From Chiloscyllium plagiosum (lineage: Eukaryota), in NCBI RefSeq assembly GCF_004010195.1, contig NC_057754.1, forward strand, positions 3,526,658 through 3,546,657: DNA of 20,000 bases. Direction: 5' to 3'. A program made the position numbers and the translations under genes. Below the pieces are notes generated by a model, which saw nothing but the letters and a program-made list of their open reading frames with translations, made no database searches and had not been told where the DNA came from. Within the stretch, counting starts at the first letter, position 1. Every line of letters begins with the position of its first letter. Positions 19,828-20,000 of the stretch are shown one piece after another.

Positions 19828-20000
19828 GTAAGTATGGACCCCTGTCCTTCTGCCTGCCATTACTACATCCGATAGGGAGCCTCCTGCTCCTTATCCAGGC
19901 AAACTCTTTAGCGTTCCACATCTCCCTCACTCCCCGCTCCATTTAATATCCCACCCAGTCTAATCCCACTCTCCCCCCTCACTCCCCCCTCCCTTTAATA

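Overview
Eukaryotic genomic DNA, very likely an elasmobranch (shark), judged from HE1-like V-SINEs, HER1/CR1-like LINEs and Deu-domain SINEs. The window is the intron-rich 5' part of a + strand MRCK/DMPK-family Ser/Thr kinase gene, most similar to CDC42BPG (MRCK-gamma). Four coding exons with GT-AG sites are visible (13866-13957, 15497-15592, 16584-16732, 19734-19827), equivalent to family exons 2, 4, 5 and 6. The 84-bp exon 3 carrying the catalytic lysine is not visible and probably lies in the 500-N gap at 14456-14955. Most of the remaining sequence is nested retroposon debris (CR1, Rex1/Babar, RTE-X, L2, three SINE types), and several minisatellites have expanded inside these elements. The most notable non-coding features are two families of Penelope-like insertions that form fold-back inverted repeats and carry minimal hammerhead-ribozyme motifs. 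All hammerhead cores in the host sense orientation are broken, while two antisense copies keep CUGANGA. Repeat-family names come from remembered consensus motifs, not database searches, and repeat boundaries are approximate. Most ORFs in the supplied track are spurious or repeat-derived.
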